64,000 nt of DNA, from the IMG/VR virus record IMGVR_UViG_3300033804_000036; one strand, given 5' to 3'. The position numbers were made by a program, and so were the translations under genes. Numbering within the stretch: the first letter of the stretch is position 1; each line of letters opens with the position of its first letter. The notes under the pieces were generated by a model. That model worked only from the letters and a program-made list of their open reading frames with translations, had not been told where the DNA came from and ran no database searches. Of the stretch, positions 37,705 through 46,342 are shown piece by piece. Source of the DNA: a virus. Its lineage: Duplodnaviria; Heunggongvirae; Uroviricota; Caudoviricetes.

Positions 37705-38034
37705 ATGAACAGAATTCAAAGAAAAAGAACAAAAGGATGGAAGATGTCGCCCAACACAGTATATGTTGGGCGGCCTACTAAATGGGGAAATCCATGGACG
37801 ATAAAGGAATATGGACGCGAAGATGCTTTGAGACTATATGAATCTTGGTTACGTGAGGAAATCTTACTTGACCCTGACTTTCTTGAGCCGCTCAAAGGCA
37901 AAGACCTTGCCTGCTGGTGCCCGCTTGACAAACCATGCCACGCCGATGTTATCCTGAAAGTCTTAGGCGAAAAGCCTAACATTGGCTTTCCTGACTACGG
38001 TTCTCCAATCGAATCTCCAAATCTAGGAGGATAA
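37705..38034 (+). CDS. DUF4326-like protein
   Basis: gggtgaaattATG. GRPTKWGNPW ... CWCPLDKPCHADVI. Confidence 0.45.
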   Translation: MNRIQRKRTKGWKMSPNTVYVGRPTKWGNPWTIKEYGREDALRLYESWLREEILLDPDFLEPLKGKDLACWCPLDKPCHADVILKVLGEKPNIGFPDYGSPIESPNLGG

Positions 38035-38062
38035 CCCCTTTTTTTCTAGGGTGAGGTGAAAA

Positions 38063-38248
38063 ATGAGGCTAGGATTCAACATAGGAGCTTTCCTTGTGGG
38101 TTTCGGCACACCAGCGTTCGTTTACGGTGTTGTCGAATGGTGCTCACAGAAGCCACGTGTATTCTACCTAGTTGAAATGGTTGTGGGACTTTCTGTAACT
38201 GCAGCAGGATTTCTCTTGATATATGCTTCGGAGAAAAGAAAGAAATGA
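38063..38248 (+). CDS. Small membrane protein
   Basis: Two TM helices. Confidence 0.45.
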   Translation: MRLGFNIGAFLVGFGTPAFVYGVVEWCSQKPRVFYLVEMVVGLSVTAAGFLLIYASEKRKK

Positions 38249-39042
38249 CAAAGTTCACGTTTGACAAGTTCAGCTTTGACATCGACAAGTCTTTCCTGAA
38301 GCTTTCACTGCTGCTGGTTGTCAGCGGATCCCATGCTTACGGATGGCCTACTGAAGCAAGCGACTTGGATGTACGCCATGTTTTCGCCCCTGAAATCAGA
38401 CAGGCACTCAGCATATTCTACAAATGCAAGACAGAACAGCGTAAAGAAAAACATGAGGAAGGACTGATTGAATTCACAACCTATCCGATTCAGCCTTTCC
38501 TCGGGCTGCTCGCTAAAGGCAACGGAAACGTGCTGGACAACCTTTTCGAAGCCACAGGACCGCCGCAGCCAGTGCTTTACGTTGACAAACCGAAAGTTGT
38601 GGAATTGCAGAAAATAGTTCTTGATCATCTGCACAAAGGGTTTCTGATGCACTGCACCGGGTACGACACTCATCTGAAGAAAGACATGGAAAACGAGACG
38701 AGGCTAGCGCGGTACGGCAGAGAGAAGCTGCTGCTTAACAGGTACAAGATTCTGCTGGAAGGACTGATCCTCGCCAACTACGGCGAAGTAGTCTACAATC
38801 TCAGGAAACAACACGAATACATAAAGACGCTCTGGTGCATTGAACTACTAGAAGATTACCAAGCAGGCAGGCCGTTTCTCGCGTTTCTCGGCAGAAGAGC
38901 AAACCAAGAAGCAACACTTGAAGTTGAGCAACTGCATAGTCGACTGGTAAAGTTGACGGAAACAATAAAGTGGCCTACCGCAGGGCAAAGCACCATCGAC
39001 GTTCCCTTGGACAGATGGTTAATCAATCACTATCTCCCCTAA
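38245..39042 (+). CDS. Pol-beta-superfamily nucleotidyltransferase
   Basis: VSGSHAYGWPTEASDLDV (GS ... D.D). Substrate unknown. Confidence 0.55.
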   Translation: MTKFTFDKFSFDIDKSFLKLSLLLVVSGSHAYGWPTEASDLDVRHVFAPEIRQALSIFYKCKTEQRKEKHEEGLIEFTTYPIQPFLGLLAKGNGNVLDNLFEATGPPQPVLYVDKPKVVELQKIVLDHLHKGFLMHCTGYDTHLKKDMENETRLARYGREKLLLNRYKILLEGLILANYGEVVYNLRKQHEYIKTLWCIELLEDYQAGRPFLAFLGRRANQEATLEVEQLHSRLVKLTETIKWPTAGQSTIDVPLDRWLINHYLP

Positions 39043-39062
39043 TTTTTTCTAAGGTGAACAAT

Positions 39063-39284
39063 ATGGAAAACCCGTTTGTCTGCGAAAAATTCTCGGATTT
39101 TTGGCGGCTGATTGCAATAGAATTCAGCCCTATTTGGGTAAACGTTCCTTTTGATGAAGATCCTGACCACGAAACCTGTCCCTATTGCGGTTTGGTTGGG
39201 TCTTGCATGTGTGACATGATTGCCGAAGAAGAACTTGACCCTGAAGGGTTAGGACTAGAAGAAGACTATGGATACGTCTATTGA
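39063..39284 (+). CDS. Cys-rich small protein
   Basis: aaggtgaacaatATG. CPYCGLVGSCMCD. Confidence 0.4.
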   Translation: MENPFVCEKFSDFWRLIAIEFSPIWVNVPFDEDPDHETCPYCGLVGSCMCDMIAEEELDPEGLGLEEDYGYVY

Positions 39285-39443
39285 ACATGAATTATGTGGA
39301 TACTCAAACTGTTTTCGGCCATTCTACAAGATGTGCGGTTTCATGCCATGCTGCAAACTTCATTATGAACATCCTAAGAAATGGGGTGAAGACGGGCAAA
39401 CATTTACAGGTTCAGTCTTTGTAAAGGCGTAAGGGTGAATAAC

Positions 39444-39698
39444 ATGGATCAGAAAGAGTTGCAGAGAAAACTGGCAAACAGCACTGACATAGAAGGCATG
39501 GTCACCTGCGGAGAATGTATCTGGTCATGCTGGCACAGATGGACATGGTACTGCGTCAACCCGCTGATCATGCATGAAATCGAATACGCAACGATAGAAA
39601 AGAACCGGCTTTGCGGCCATTTTAAAAAGGCAGAGTTTGAAGTACAGTACCGATTTGACGTGAATCTCGAACAACAGGACGAGGATGATTTCAGATGA
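39444..39698 (+). CDS. Cys-rich hypothetical protein
   Basis: agggtgaataacATG. Confidence 0.4.
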   Translation: MDQKELQRKLANSTDIEGMVTCGECIWSCWHRWTWYCVNPLIMHEIEYATIEKNRLCGHFKKAEFEVQYRFDVNLEQQDEDDFR

Positions 39699-39924
39699 GT
39701 GAACCACCATGCGTGAAATGTAAACAAACTATGCCTGAAGAATGGCTGAAACAAAACTGCCCATGCGCGGAAAGAAAGGCTTGGGAAGCTAATCAGGAGA
39801 AAGAAAATGAAGGAAGAAAGAGAAGAAAACATAGACCCTGAAGAAGATGATCCCACAACTGATCTGTTGGCGGAGGAAGAAAATGCCGAACTGCAAAGGC
39901 GCGAATAGTTTCAGGGGTGACAAC

Positions 39925-41301
39925 ATGAACAACCTTTTGCTTCAAACAGATTCGTACAAGCAGTCGCATTGGAAACAGTATCCACCAGGAACAACCAACA
40001 TCTACAGCTACTTCGAAAGCAGAGGAGGAGAATATCCTGAAGTGGTTTTCTTCGGCCTACAATATATTCTGAAACGATACTTGGAAGGACAAGTGGTTAC
40101 AGAAGCCAAAATCGAAGAAGCCGAAAAAATCTGCGCCCTCCATTTCGGCAGTGAAGACCTGTTCAACAAAGACGGCTGGAACTATATTCTCGATGTCCAT
40201 GGTGGCAAACTTCCGCTTTCAATCAAAGCGGTCCCTGAAGGAACAGTTGTGCCAACCCATAACGTGCTGGTAACCGTGGAAAACACAGATCCTAACGTGC
40301 CTTTCCTAACCAATTTTGTAGAGACTCTTCTAGTGCAAACATGGTATCCAAGCACAGTAGCCACATTGTCACGACACATCAAACAACTGATAAACAGGTA
40401 TCTGGAAATCACTGGTGACCCGTCCTTAATCGACTTCAAACTACACGACTTCGGCTTCAGAGGAGTATCTTCAACAGAAAGTGCTGGTATAGGCGGCTGC
40501 GCTCATCTAGTCAACTTCAAAGGCACAGACACAATGGCGGCGCTGATGATCGCCAGAGAATACTACCATTGTGAAATGGCAGGCTTCAGCATTCCAGCAG
40601 CAGAACACAGCACCATGACCGCATGGGGAAAAGACCATGAAGTAGACGCTTTCCGCAACATGCTACGCAGCTACCCGAAAGGCACAGTCGCCGTCGTCTC
40701 CGACCAGTACGACATTTACAAAGCATGCGCAGACCTCTGGGGAACCCTGCTTAAACAAGAAGTTCTGGAAAGAGACGGAGTCCTAGTTATCCGGCCAGAC
40801 AGCGGCAACCCGCCTGAAGTTGTCTTGAAAGTAATCAGCATCCTCGGCGAACATTTCGGCTACTACAAAAACGACAAAGGCTACAAAGTCCTGAACAACC
40901 ACGTTCGAGTGATACAGGGAGACGGCGTTGACGAGCAGATGATAGAAAAAGTTTTGAAAACCTTGGAACTGAGCAGATGGAGCACGGACAACATTTCATT
41001 CGGCATGGGCGGCGGCCTCCTGCAGAAACTTCACAGAGACACGCAGAAATTCGCGTTCAAATGTTCAAACGCCGTCGTCAACGGAGAACAACGCCTAGTC
41101 TTCAAAACTCCTATAACAGACCCGGGTAAAAACAGCAAGGCTGGACGACTTAAACTGGTCAAAAGCAACGGCACATACATAACCGTTCCCGAATGGGCTG
41201 ACAGGTACGGGCCAGACCGGCTTGTGCAAGTTTTCCTCAACGGCTACGTCACTACAAAATATTCTATGGACACAATCAGGGAACGGGCCAAAATAAGGTG
41301 A
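39925..41301 (+). CDS. nadV: Nicotinamide phosphoribosyltransferase (NAMPT/NadV-type)
   Basis: aggggtgacaacATG. N-terminal LLQTDSYKQSHW, GG ... LSIKAVPEGTVV, ~460 aa. Confidence 0.8.
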   Translation: MNNLLLQTDSYKQSHWKQYPPGTTNIYSYFESRGGEYPEVVFFGLQYILKRYLEGQVVTEAKIEEAEKICALHFGSEDLFNKDGWNYILDVHGGKLPLSIKAVPEGTVVPTHNVLVTVENTDPNVPFLTNFVETLLVQTWYPSTVATLSRHIKQLINRYLEITGDPSLIDFKLHDFGFRGVSSTESAGIGGCAHLVNFKGTDTMAALMIAREYYHCEMAGFSIPAAEHSTMTAWGKDHEVDAFRNMLRSYPKGTVAVVSDQYDIYKACADLWGTLLKQEVLERDGVLVIRPDSGNPPEVVLKVISILGEHFGYYKNDKGYKVLNNHVRVIQGDGVDEQMIEKVLKTLELSRWSTDNISFGMGGGLLQKLHRDTQKFAFKCSNAVVNGEQRLVFKTPITDPGKNSKAGRLKLVKSNGTYITVPEWADRYGPDRLVQVFLNGYVTTKYSMDTIRERAKIR

Positions 41302-41513
41302 TGCAAACGGATAAGTTAAGATGGTTCGGCTGCATACTTCTCGGCATTGGACTTTTCATCTACGCCGTAGTTACTATGTTTCTTCTCGTCGGCGGATCAA
41401 GCTCGTTTACCCCTACTGAATACATACGAAGACTGGCAAACATCACTCTTTTCGCAGCAGTATTCACAGGGCTAGGCGTCGTAGCCGTGATTTTCGGAGA
41501 TGAAAAGAAATGA
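41298..41513 (+). CDS. Small membrane protein
   Basis: Two TM helices. ATGA overlap with the upstream gene. Confidence 0.45.
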   Translation: MMQTDKLRWFGCILLGIGLFIYAVVTMFLLVGGSSSFTPTEYIRRLANITLFAAVFTGLGVVAVIFGDEKK

Positions 41514-41767
41514 GAACTTGGAAAAAAACTTGTCCTTCCTGCGGCAAAGAATTTGATGCAAAACGAAAAATCCAAACATACTGTTCGAGACAATGTTCAG
41601 GAAAAGCCACGGGAAAAGCCACGGGAAAAACGGCTCATAAACATCATGTCTGCGAAAACTGCGGCAAAAAATATCTATGCGATGACCCTGCCACCTGCAA
41701 GCTTCCCGTAAGATACGGCACCTGCAGCCTCAATTGTGCTATTGAATGGAACAAGAAAAACCAATAA
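41510..41767 (+). CDS. Cys-rich zinc-binding protein
   Basis: CPSCGK, CSRQC, CENCGK, CSLNC. Confidence 0.45.
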   Translation: MRTWKKTCPSCGKEFDAKRKIQTYCSRQCSGKATGKATGKTAHKHHVCENCGKKYLCDDPATCKLPVRYGTCSLNCAIEWNKKNQ

Positions 41768-41796
41768 TTTCCCTCTTTTTCTGTTGGGTGAAAAAC

Positions 41797-42027
41797 ATGG
41801 TAACAAAAAAATTCTGCGATGTTGAAGGCTGCGATGAAGAAGCGTTTGAGTCTGTCGACGTCTGCTACGGCTGGCTAGAGAGCCAACAAAGGGAAGGAGA
41901 ACCAGAAAAGAAATTCGAACGTTTCGAGCAACCAGACGTGGGAAAACGAGACCTATGTTTCAAACATTACAAACTCTGGTGTGCAGCAACCTACACGGTA
42001 ATTCAAGGTGAAAAGAAAAATGAGTAA
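41797..42027 (+). CDS. Hypothetical Cys-containing protein
   Basis: gttgggtgaaaaacATG. Confidence 0.45.
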   Translation: MVTKKFCDVEGCDEEAFESVDVCYGWLESQQREGEPEKKFERFEQPDVGKRDLCFKHYKLWCAATYTVIQGEKKNE

Positions 42028-42739
42028 GAAAATGTTTGGGTTCATAACTGAAACGTGGAATCCGATTGTGCATGAATGTCCGCATAAATGCAAGTATTGC
42101 TGGGCTAGAATGTTGAAGAGGGGCAAGCTGAAGCTGACGCCTAGATACGCGGACGGCAAGGACAAGCTGATCGAAAAGGAACTGGGTAAACGCTGGAAGA
42201 AAGGCGACTTCGTCTTTGTCTGCGACATGTGCGATCTCTTCGCGCATAACATGCCTGACACGTGGATTCGCCGAGTCCTAGAGACAATCATGAACTCTCC
42301 AGACGCAACATTCCTGTTACTGACAAAGAATCCAGAGCGATTCTGGTTTTTCCGCAGTATCATACCGAGCAACTGCATACTGGCAACAACGATAGAATCC
42401 AACAGGCATGACATGAACATCAGTTCCGCCCCGGCCCCGCACCTCAGATTCTACTCGATCCTCACCGAAAACTACCCGAGAAAAGCCGTTGTAGTCGAAC
42501 CTATCATGGACTTTGACGAAGGCATATTCATCAGTTGGTTCAGTCAACTACGCGGAAAACTCGAGTTTGTAGTGGTCGGCTACGACAACTACAACGCGCA
42601 TCTCCCCGAACCCACATTGGCTAAAACAGAACAGTTCATAGAAGACTTAAAAACCATGGGCTTCACAGTCTACACTAAGACGATACGCAAAAGCTGGAAA
42701 GAACTTGAACAAGAAACTGCAGGGCAAAATAAGTCCTAA
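42020..42739 (+). CDS. DUF5131 (phage Gp37/Gp68) family protein with a Cys triad
   Basis: aaggtgaaaagaaaaATG. TWNPIVHECPHKCKYCWA. Confidence 0.6.
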   Translation: MSKKMFGFITETWNPIVHECPHKCKYCWARMLKRGKLKLTPRYADGKDKLIEKELGKRWKKGDFVFVCDMCDLFAHNMPDTWIRRVLETIMNSPDATFLLLTKNPERFWFFRSIIPSNCILATTIESNRHDMNISSAPAPHLRFYSILTENYPRKAVVVEPIMDFDEGIFISWFSQLRGKLEFVVVGYDNYNAHLPEPTLAKTEQFIEDLKTMGFTVYTKTIRKSWKELEQETAGQNKS

Positions 42740-43093
42740 AGCAGCATGCATAGAATGCGGAAAAGAAATCATACAGGTAGCAGGGATCTGGCGACATACA
42801 GACCTAAACACGGACGGCCACGCAGCAAAACCCATAAACACCAAACCACTCCGAAAACATTCCGCCGAAACATAATAGTTACACTATAATGGGTGTAACA
42901 ACTACCCGCTTTTTTGGGTGATTCAAACGACTGAAAAATCTTTGCGTGATTTCAAAACTGTCGACGAACTCACTGCGGAAATCAAACGCATGAACGAGAC
43001 AAACCCTGCCTGCCATCTTGACGGAACATGGCGAAGACGAATGAAAAAACTTAATCAGAAACGTGAACGTTTAGAAAACGAGAAGGTGAAATA

Positions 43094-43510
43094 GTGGAAG
43101 AATTAATCATTGAAGTCCGCGCTGCAGACGTTCTAGAAAAAGTGAAACAGCACAGAAAACGCTACCAGAAATCGTACGCAGCATTGTTGAGAGCATTCGA
43201 CAGGAGAGCCATAGAATACCAGAAGAAATACGAGGAATTCCGCCGAACCACCACCGCCAACGAGCAAGGAAAAGAGCCTGAAGCACCGCCGAAACCAGAA
43301 AACCGCACTAAAGACTATGATTTCTACATACAAATGTTAACGTCACACACTGCAACAACCATCAAAATTTCAGAAGCCCTGTTCAAACGGCTTTTCTACG
43401 ACAAATGGGACTGGACATACCAACACCATCACGCACTAATGTTCTACGCGAAAGCCGGAGGCCCAGGAAGCGCAGACCTAGCAACAATGGCAAGCGCATA
43501 CGAACGATGA
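43094..43510 (+). CDS. Hypothetical protein, 138 aa
   Basis: aaggtgaaataGTG start. Confidence 0.4.
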   Translation: MEELIIEVRAADVLEKVKQHRKRYQKSYAALLRAFDRRAIEYQKKYEEFRRTTTANEQGKEPEAPPKPENRTKDYDFYIQMLTSHTATTIKISEALFKRLFYDKWDWTYQHHHALMFYAKAGGPGSADLATMASAYER

Positions 43511-43560
43511 TTTCGTGTGTACGATTCCTTTTTATACTTCCCTTTTTTTGGGTGAAGAAT

Positions 43561-43866
43561 ATGGATGAAAACAAACATGAACATGACAGATTCCTTTACT
43601 CAAAAGATGGCAAACTCCATTTCGGCTGTATAAATCCGTTTTGCGGTCATGGCGACCCTGCTCTGCCTAATCATTGGGAAATACCAATGGAAACAAAGTC
43701 AATAAGCATAATTTCTGCAAAACACGACAAAGAACATAGACTTTTAAGCTTTGAAATCAGATTCAAGGTAGATGTTGGAAGATTCAAGAAAGATGATGTT
43801 ATCCAGCTACCGTGTACCGACAATTTAGAATGTTGTAAAATAACATTTGGACAACTTTTCACCTAA
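43561..43866 (+). CDS. Hypothetical protein, 101 aa
   Basis: tgggtgaagaatATG. Confidence 0.45.
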   Translation: MDENKHEHDRFLYSKDGKLHFGCINPFCGHGDPALPNHWEIPMETKSISIISAKHDKEHRLLSFEIRFKVDVGRFKKDDVIQLPCTDNLECCKITFGQLFT

Positions 43867-43898
43867 CAAACTCTTCCTTTTTTCTGCTGGGTGAACGT

Positions 43899-44069
43899 AT
43901 GGTCTCAGAAGGAAAAGCAAGACTGTTCAAACGCAAAGACGGCAAATACCTCATATACATACCAGTTGACTTCGCAGAAGACAGCATGTTCCCCTTCAAA
44001 GGCTCCGACTCTGTAGCGTTAAAAGCCGTCTTCAACAAAGACGAAATAATCCTCAGAAAATGGAAGTAG
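43899..44069 (+). CDS. AbrB/SpoVT-like small DNA-binding protein (tentative)
   Basis: ctgggtgaacgtATG. ARLFKRKDGKYLIYIPVDFAED. Confidence 0.35.
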   Translation: MVSEGKARLFKRKDGKYLIYIPVDFAEDSMFPFKGSDSVALKAVFNKDEIILRKWK

Positions 44070-44111
44070 AAACATAACAGCCAAACATCAACCTCCCCTT
44101 TTTTCTTTCGG

Positions 44112-44438
44112 GTGAAAAACATGAACATTCGTAGGAAGTGGAGACTAAGACTTCGCAGAGGCATGAGGATAGCCATGATGAAATATGGAGCAACATTAAT
44201 TGAATGCCCAAACTGCCACCTACAGGTTCCTCATTACCGCGACGGAGTAACAACATGCCTTGCCTGCGGCGCAACAATTGAAGGTGACTTAAACGCAAGC
44301 GCTGAATACACAGCTAACAACATAACATCAACTCCAGAAGGAGCAACAGCAAAAATCAACCTCCCATCAATCAGACCAAACGAAACTCTCAAAGTAAACG
44401 TAACGTTCCGACTGAAAGAGAAACCAGACGGAAAATAA
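44112..44438 (+). CDS. Zinc-ribbon protein
   Basis: cgggtgaaaaacATG. CPNCHL ... CLACG. Confidence 0.45.
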   Translation: MKNMNIRRKWRLRLRRGMRIAMMKYGATLIECPNCHLQVPHYRDGVTTCLACGATIEGDLNASAEYTANNITSTPEGATAKINLPSIRPNETLKVNVTFRLKEKPDGK

Positions 44439-44504
44439 CCCTTCTTTTTTCTTTCGGGTGAAAAACTTTTAAGTAGAAAACTCCCTAATCATCTTCGGAG
44501 AGCC

Positions 44505-44735
44505 ATGAGCAACTGCATAGGCCACCTGTACGAATATTATTCTCATTTCACCCTCAACCAAAACGATTTGTCAATCATGCGTAAATGGGTAACATGCACC
44601 TGCTACTGCCCACGCTGCAACGTCCACCACAACTGTTTCAGGCCAGAATACTGGATAGAATCAGACTCAAAAAACAACCCGCCATGGTGCTGTAAAAAAA
44701 GAGAATCTCCCCGGCAGGAATCGAACCTGCACTGA
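44505..44735 (+). CDS. Cys-rich protein, 76 aa (doubtful)
   Basis: First ATG 40 nt after the last motif copy. Its 3' end overlaps a tRNA-like fragment. Confidence 0.25.
   Translation: MSNCIGHLYEYYSHFTLNQNDLSIMRKWVTCTCYCPRCNVHHNCFRPEYWIESDSKNNPPWCCKKRESPRQESNLH
44708..44735 (-). other. Orphan tRNA 3' fragment (T-arm + acceptor 3' strand)
   Basis: tccccgg-GCAGG-aatcgaa-CCTGC. No matching 5' acceptor strand was found nearby. Confidence 0.4.
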
Positions 44736-44769
44736 AGGAAAATCGCTGGCTAAGAAAAGAGGAAATGAG

Positions 44770-44841
44770 TCCTCTCACATGGATTCGCACCATGACTTCT
44801 TGGTTTACGGCCAAGTGTGCTAACTACTACACTATGAGAGG
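44770..44841 (-). tRNA. tRNA-Tyr(GTA)
   Basis: Hand fold: acceptor cctctca/tgagagg, T-arm catgg-attcgca-ccatg, anticodon arm cttgg-tttacgg-ccaag (RC loop CCGTAAA). Confidence 0.55.
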
Positions 44842-45224
44842 CTGATTTCGTATTTCAGTCCAAATTTATTCTCGATATAATGTGCGGCATTGCAAACATG
44901 ACACAGCACGTTAAACTCGTTTTTTCGTTGTTCTCGAAGAATACTTCTAAGTAATTGCCAATATCCGTGTGTTTTCTGATCTTTATGTCCTCCGAGGTTA
45001 AGGTGATTGATTTCCAACACGGCGAAGACGGTACATCCACATCTTGCGCATTTTGCTCCGCCGAGGTATTCAAGCACCTTTAACTTCAAATTTTGTTTGG
45101 CTCGGCTGTCTATGATGTGTTGTTTTTCAGGATTTTTCTGTCTCCATTTTTTCACGTAGTCACGATTGAACTCTCTCATATAGGTTCGTCGTTTGTCCTT
45201 GTCTTTGTATCTATCGTGTGGCAT
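44832..45224 (-). CDS. HNH endonuclease
   Basis: CARCGC ... EINHLNLGGH ... CHVCN. Paralog of 48099-48470 and 48850-49263. Its 3' end overlaps the 5' end of tRNA-Tyr. Confidence 0.65.
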   Translation of the reverse strand: MPHDRYKDKDKRRTYMREFNRDYVKKWRQKNPEKQHIIDSRAKQNLKLKVLEYLGGAKCARCGCTVFAVLEINHLNLGGHKDQKTHGYWQLLRSILREQRKNEFNVLCHVCNAAHYIENKFGLKYEISLS

Positions 45225-45258
45225 AACAGATTAATAATATCTGTTATGCTATATACCC

Positions 45259-45828
45259 TTATGCTACGGGGAGTCCTACAACCGAAGTTATGATCCAGAT
45301 CTTGTCAGAAGTTGCCAGTGGCGATGGCACAGTGTACGTTTTAATCCAGAAAGTCACAGTGTAGTCGTCATAGTCGAATTTGCAGCCTGTTTTTTCTTCT
45401 TCGTTCATCTTGACAAAGACATCGTAGAATCGTCTTTGAAGTTCAGGATCGTCTTTAGACGTGACACGCAAAGTTTTGCCAGACGCCAAATGCAGCACAT
45501 TCTTCGCGCAGTTGCGAATGAACCCGTCAATCTTGTCCTTGTTCTTCGCCCGTATCCAACCGCTTTTGAACACTCGACGAACCTGAAGTCGCTTGTCAAC
45601 TTTTGCGAGCAGAAGGCTGATTTCCCCTTCAGCGTTGAACCTTGCAGAAACCAATGTAGGCCGCTGGAACTGTCCTCTACTCTCCTTAACAGGATACATA
45701 GGCGTCACTTCTTCAATGTAAACACCGAACCCGCCAAACAAGTATCTCAGATATTTGGCGTTGTCACTGTACACTAGAAACTTCGTCACCTCCTTGGGCA
45801 AATCCAAACCTTTCGAACTCACTTTCAT
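45259..45828 (-). CDS. Hypothetical protein, 189 aa, in the tRNA array
   Basis: Perfect GGAGGTGA SD before the ATG. Lies between tRNA-Pro and the HNH gene. Possibly a nuclease. Confidence 0.5.
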   Translation of the reverse strand: MKVSSKGLDLPKEVTKFLVYSDNAKYLRYLFGGFGVYIEEVTPMYPVKESRGQFQRPTLVSARFNAEGEISLLLAKVDKRLQVRRVFKSGWIRAKNKDKIDGFIRNCAKNVLHLASGKTLRVTSKDDPELQRRFYDVFVKMNEEEKTGCKFDYDDYTVTFWIKTYTVPSPLATSDKIWIITSVVGLPVA

Positions 45829-45845
45829 TCACCTCCGTATATTAT

Positions 45846-45938
45846 ACCTATGAATGGGGAATAAGGGATTTGAACCCTTGACCACGACGTTTCTTGAGAT
45901 TATCTTCCCAAGCGTCGGATGCTTAGTCCAAGCTACAC
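45846..45938 (-). tRNA. tRNA-Pro(TGG) with a ~16-nt intron
   Basis: Acceptor ggggaat/attcccc, T-arm aaggg-atttgaa-ccctt, anticodon stem CGACG/CGTCG enclosing loop CTTGGG plus intron. Confidence 0.55.
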
Positions 45939-45993
45939 CAATTCCCCACAGATTTTATTATTTTGTGATTTTATTATTTTCTGATTTTATTAT

Positions 45994-46105
45994 TGGCGGA
46001 GCAGCCGGGATTTGAACCCGGGCCGTACGATTACTGCAGACGGAAGTTTGCAACTATTTCTTCCGTCTTAGACAGTCGCACATCCTACCGCTGGACCACT
46101 GCTCC
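45994..46105 (-). tRNA. tRNA-Asp(GTC) with a ~38-nt intron, CCA encoded
   Basis: Acceptor ggagcag/ctgctcc + G + CCA. D-arm GTCC-agcggta-GGAT. Anticodon stem TGCGA/TCGTA. Intron hairpin GACGGAAG ... CTTCCGTC. Confidence 0.6.
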
Positions 46106-46162
46106 CTCGAGCGCGGTTTTCATGTTGTTTTTCCATCTTTTGAATTCCCTCGAGCGCAGAGA

Positions 46163-46234
46163 GGGCCGAGGGCGGGAGTCGAACCCGCATCCCAGGATTC
46201 ACAGACCTGTATCCTACCGTTAGCCTACCTCGGC
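46163..46234 (-). tRNA. tRNA-His(GTG) with G-1 encoded
   Basis: Acceptor GCCGAGG plus an extra 5' G pairing the discriminator C. Loop CTGTGAA. Confidence 0.65.
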
Positions 46235-46342
46235 CACTGTGTATGCCTTGCTGAACCAAGTCAGCTAGGGCTTCGGTCCCAATGGAGTTTTACGCTAGCT
46301 TATCCTAAGCCTTCCTTAATGGTTCTGGCATTTAGGCCACAG

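Larger units (their letters stand above)
3070..44470 (+). repeat. Dispersed intergenic motif family, >=45 copies. Consensus: CCYTTTTTTCT, then 0-8 nt, then GGGTGAAA, then 1-6 nt, then ATG. Read as oligo-T terminator plus GGTGA Shine-Dalgarno
   Basis: Found by eye immediately after stop codons and before start codons throughout 3.0-44.5 kb. Examples at 3070, 4091, 5500, 5925, 8785, 10485, 11687, 14795, 17030, 19998, 24862, 25650, 29361, 34256, 37681, 41771, 43541, 44441. Confidence 0.8.

Noticed and set aside
45259-45828. Calling ORF 45259-45828 a LAGLIDADG endonuclease because of YLFGGFGVYIEE
   Set aside because: The segment lacks the acidic residues of a true LAGLIDADG motif, so it was left as hypothetical.
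46235-46342. 108-nt gap between tRNA-His and tRNA-Phe (and the 139-nt gap 47321-47459) as additional tRNAs
   Set aside because: No T-arm-like GTTC(G/A)A or acceptor pairing was found. They could hold promoters or processing sites, but nothing could be supported.
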